A stretch of 64,000 bases of DNA from Fonticula alba ATCC 38817. Lineage: Eukaryota > Protista > Nucleariida. Below the pieces are notes generated by a model. It made no database searches. It saw only the letters and a list, made by a program, of their open reading frames with translations, and had not been told where the DNA came from. The stretch lies in the NCBI GenBank assembly GCA_000388065.2, contig KB932205.1; one strand, 5' to 3'. Positions 60,955 through 64,000 of this stretch are shown in pieces; within the stretch, counting starts at the first letter, position 1; every line of letters begins with the position of its first letter. Position numbers and translations under genes: made by a program.

Positions 60955-61028
<74 letters not shown>

Positions 61029-64000
61029 ACATTGGTGTCGGGGTCCCGGGCGAGGGCCTCGGCCGACTGTGACTGACCGGCTGCCCGACCGGCGTGGCAT
61101 GGTGTGCGGCGCCGCGCCGACCGCAGGACAAGTCGTCGCTCAAAACGCTGGCTCTGTGTGGGCTCATGGCGTCCGTCCTGCAGACCATCGTGTATTTTGT
61201 CTTTTCCGACTGCGAGCGATACGCCGTCGGGGCCCAGTGCTTTCCCACCCTGGCGGGCATCCTCTTCTCCGTCATGACTTTGATCTATGTGTTCATTGTC
61301 TCGGTGATCATCTTGAGGTGCGTGCGGGCCGGCGCCCGGGAGCGGGGCCCTCGCCTGGGCCGGGGCCTGCGACATGTGCCTGGCGCCATGGCTCCGGACT
61401 TACCTCGCCACCTGTGCCCCGATGTCGGCCCTCGGGGCCCCCTCGGCCACGGCCATCATCCCCCTCGAGGCAGACCGGACATCGGCCAGACCCCGGTCTT
61501 CCTGCTGCATACGCTGCTCCTGTCAACCCTGGCCATGCTATCGGTCCTGTTCAGCTGCGAGGTGTTCATCAGCAATGTGCGTGCTGGGCGCCGCTGCGCG
61601 GCCCCTGGGGCCACAGGGGGGCGGGGGGCGCACGCGCGGGGGACAGCCGGCAACTGTGCCGTCGCGCTGCGGCACCGGCGCGCCACCCGGACCCCACTGC
61701 CGGGCACTAACCTTCTCCCCTGGTACTGCCTGCCTTGGCCGCATCGCCGGGCCTGTGTGTATGTGTGACGGTGTGACGGTGTGTCGGCGCGCGCCGGCGC
61801 AGGACTCGATCCTCACCTTCGTCATCATCAACCAACGAGTGATGATGATCATGCTGCTGGTGGTGCCGCTGTCCTGGATGCGCCTCGGGTCCAGCACCAT
61901 CCTCATCCTGGCCGTGGCCACCATCGACCATATCATCCGCATTGTGGTGTATGCCATCAATTATCGCGGCGTGCGCGACCGCTTCGAGTGGCGCTTCATC
62001 CTGGCCACCACGCTCTTTTACCTGGGGACCTTCATCGCCTCCATCACCATCACCTTCGAGCGGGAGTTCGAGTCGCGGGCCTTCTTCCTGAAGACCGGCG
62101 TCCTGTACCAGAGCCACCTGGTGATGCGCAATGCCCACCGGGCTTCCAATGTGCTGCTTCGGTCGATCATGCCGCAAAGGTGCGCCCTTTGCTGGCGCTC
62201 ACCCCCCAGGCGCAGGGCCGGCGAGGGGGGGGGGGGCAGCACGGCATGTGGGTGGGCCTTCCCCCGGGGGCCCGGCTCTCTGCTTGCTTCGCCGGGAGCC
62301 CTGCTGTCGGCTGGTGTCGCCCGGGGGGGGGGGGGGGGCCTTGCCATGCCGGCCACAGGACAGGTGCCCGGTCGGGCGGGGGGCGTCCCTGCCCAGGCGG
62401 CGGCCGGCTGGCCGTGACTAACCCCATGACACATTGCCCGCGCGGCCGGGCTTCGCGCAAACCACCTCAGCGCCATCCGGCTGCTCCGGGACCGGCGCAC
62501 GCAGAATGACCAATTCGCCAGGGCCGTGCAGCCGGCGCAAATCCACACCAATGTGACCATCCTCCTGGCCGATGTGGCCGGCTTCACGCGCTTCAGCTCG
62601 TCCATCAGCGCCGAGGAGCTGGTCCTGACGCTGAATGCCCTGTTCCTGTGCTTCGACAGCTTGGCCCACGCGTACGATGTGGAAAAGATCAAGACCATGG
62701 GCGACAGCTATGTGGCCTGCAGCGGGGCCCCGCGCCAGGAGAAGCTCCACGCCCTGCGCATTTGCCTGCTGAGCCTGGCCATGTGCGATGCCATGAGCGA
62801 ATTCACCGTCGGCGCGGTGGTGGAGACGGATCCGGACTGCGCGGCGGCCATGGCCGCCGCCATGGCCGCCACCGCCGCCAACGGCACCGGCAACTGCACC
62901 AAGTGCGGTGGCATGGGCCGCGTCCCCGGGGGCGGGCCCTGGCCCGCGGCCGACCCGCTGGCCGACTGCGACCGCTTTCACTATGCCTGGCGGCCGCTGC
63001 GTCTGCGCGTCGGCGTCCACACCGGCACCGTGGCCGGGGGCCTGCTCGGCCTGAAGAACATGCGCTACGGTATGTCCCGCAGTGAGGCCGGCCGGCAAGT
63101 GGGCAGAGGGGGGGGGGGGGGGGGGGGGGGGCTTTTTTTGTCCGGCCACCTGCCTCTCGGTCGGCCCCGCATGCGCGCCTACCACCGGCCCCGGGCATGC
63201 TGCCTGCGCTGCTCGGCTGCTCGGCTGCTCGGCTGCTCGGCTGCTCGGCCGTTCGACCGGCGGCCATGGGTCACCGGCAGCGCGTGTCCTGGTGGGGCTT
63301 CTCGGCTGGGCGTGTCCTGCCGGCGGCCGAGCCCGCCGCTGCCCCGGCCATCCGGCCCCCTTTGGTCCCCTTCCGGCATCTTCGCTTCCCCGGCCCGGGC
63401 CTGGCTGATTGACCCGCCTGCGCTGCCGCCCCTGCACCCGGTCGCCCATTCGCTCGGCCTGGCCGGCCGGTGCGCTCGCCCGGGGAAAAAAAAAAAAAAC
63501 AATGACCAGACCTCTACTCCACCGACATGCAGGTGGCCTCCATGATCGAGTCTTCCGGGCCGAAGAACAAGCCACACGTGTCCTTCCAAACGCTGCTGGC
63601 CCTGGGCCCGCAGCTGGACGACTTCGAGCTGGAGTCCTCGCCCTCCGGGGGGATTTACATCGACAGCGTGGGGCATGTCATCCACACGGCCCTGCTGCGG
63701 GGGCTGATCCGCGAGTGCCGGCGGCGGGATGGCTCGCTGCGCAAGCTGTCGGCCGTCACCTGCCGGCTGATCCTCGAGGCGGAGGTGCGCGTCCGCACCG
63801 GCGACCTGTCGGAGCTGGCCTACCTGGTGCATTCGGCCCCGACCCCGGGCACGCCCGGCACCCCGGGGGCCGGCCCCTCGCGCGGCCACTCGGCCCTCTG
63901 GCGGCGGTATCGCCTGATGGACTCCGGCCACCCGGACCGGCATTCGATTGAAAGCTCGCGCCAGCTGTGCGTGCCTCCTCCGGGGGGGGGGGGGGGGGGG
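59996..64000 (+). CDS. Transmembrane class III adenylyl/guanylyl cyclase, M1-C1 half; runs off the window end
   Basis: KFKNRDLENSFREFF pre-TM motif, six hydrophobic segments, FEREFESRAFF, NVLLRSIMPQ, then VTILLADVAGFT, VEKIKTMGDSYV, LRVGVHTGTVAGGLLG and RY|DLYSTDMQVASMIESSG across a phase-1 intron. Confidence 0.9.
60956..61026 (+). repeat. 71-nt poly-G tract in a cyclase intron
   Basis: Uninterrupted G-run. Similar runs occur at 5737-5782 (G, 46 nt) and 15016-15074 (C, 59 nt). Confidence 0.95.
63209..63248. repeat. Five tandem copies of CTGCTCGG in a cyclase intron
   Basis: Exact 8-mer repeated five times. Confidence 0.95.

Noticed and set aside
1-64000. Transposons, tRNA, rRNA, snRNA
   Set aside because: No transposase or reverse-transcriptase motifs, terminal repeats with target-site duplications, cloverleaf with T-loop, or U1/U2/U4/U5/U6 signature sequences were recognised by eye. 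This does not replace tRNAscan or cmscan.

Overview
Eukaryotic, very GC-rich genomic DNA with short spliceosomal introns (donors mostly GTGCGT/GTACGT/GTATGT, CTGAC/CTAAC branch points), long G/C homopolymers and nine N-gaps. The style fits a unicellular opisthokont, most plausibly Fonticula alba (inference from style only). About 14 protein genes were reconstructed by hand: RPL30 (3' end), a possible Nsl1/Mis14-like protein, cytosolic Hsp70, casein kinase I, a C2 + Rab11-FIP-RBD-like protein, DPH4, a hypothetical protein, GPATCH11, a ~1300-aa protein built from 18-19 DPRSP-x5-RTPV repeats, WDHD1/Ctf4, TFIIS, UVSSA, SUV3 helicase, a secreted extensin/root-cap-like protein, and the 5' half of a 6TM class III nucleotide cyclase. 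No CRISPR array, rRNA, tRNA or transposase was recognised. Most long ORFs in the supplied track are antisense or low-complexity shadows. The most unusual items are: (1) the highly expanded CDCA3/Tome-1-like repeat protein, whose repeats also resemble beta-TrCP degrons; (2) animal-style architectures (class I Rab11-FIP, M1-C1 transmembrane adenylyl cyclase); (3) the secreted root-cap/VWD-like matrix protein; (4) a coding-like fragment nested in a SUV3 intron. All homology calls are from recalled motifs, not database searches.
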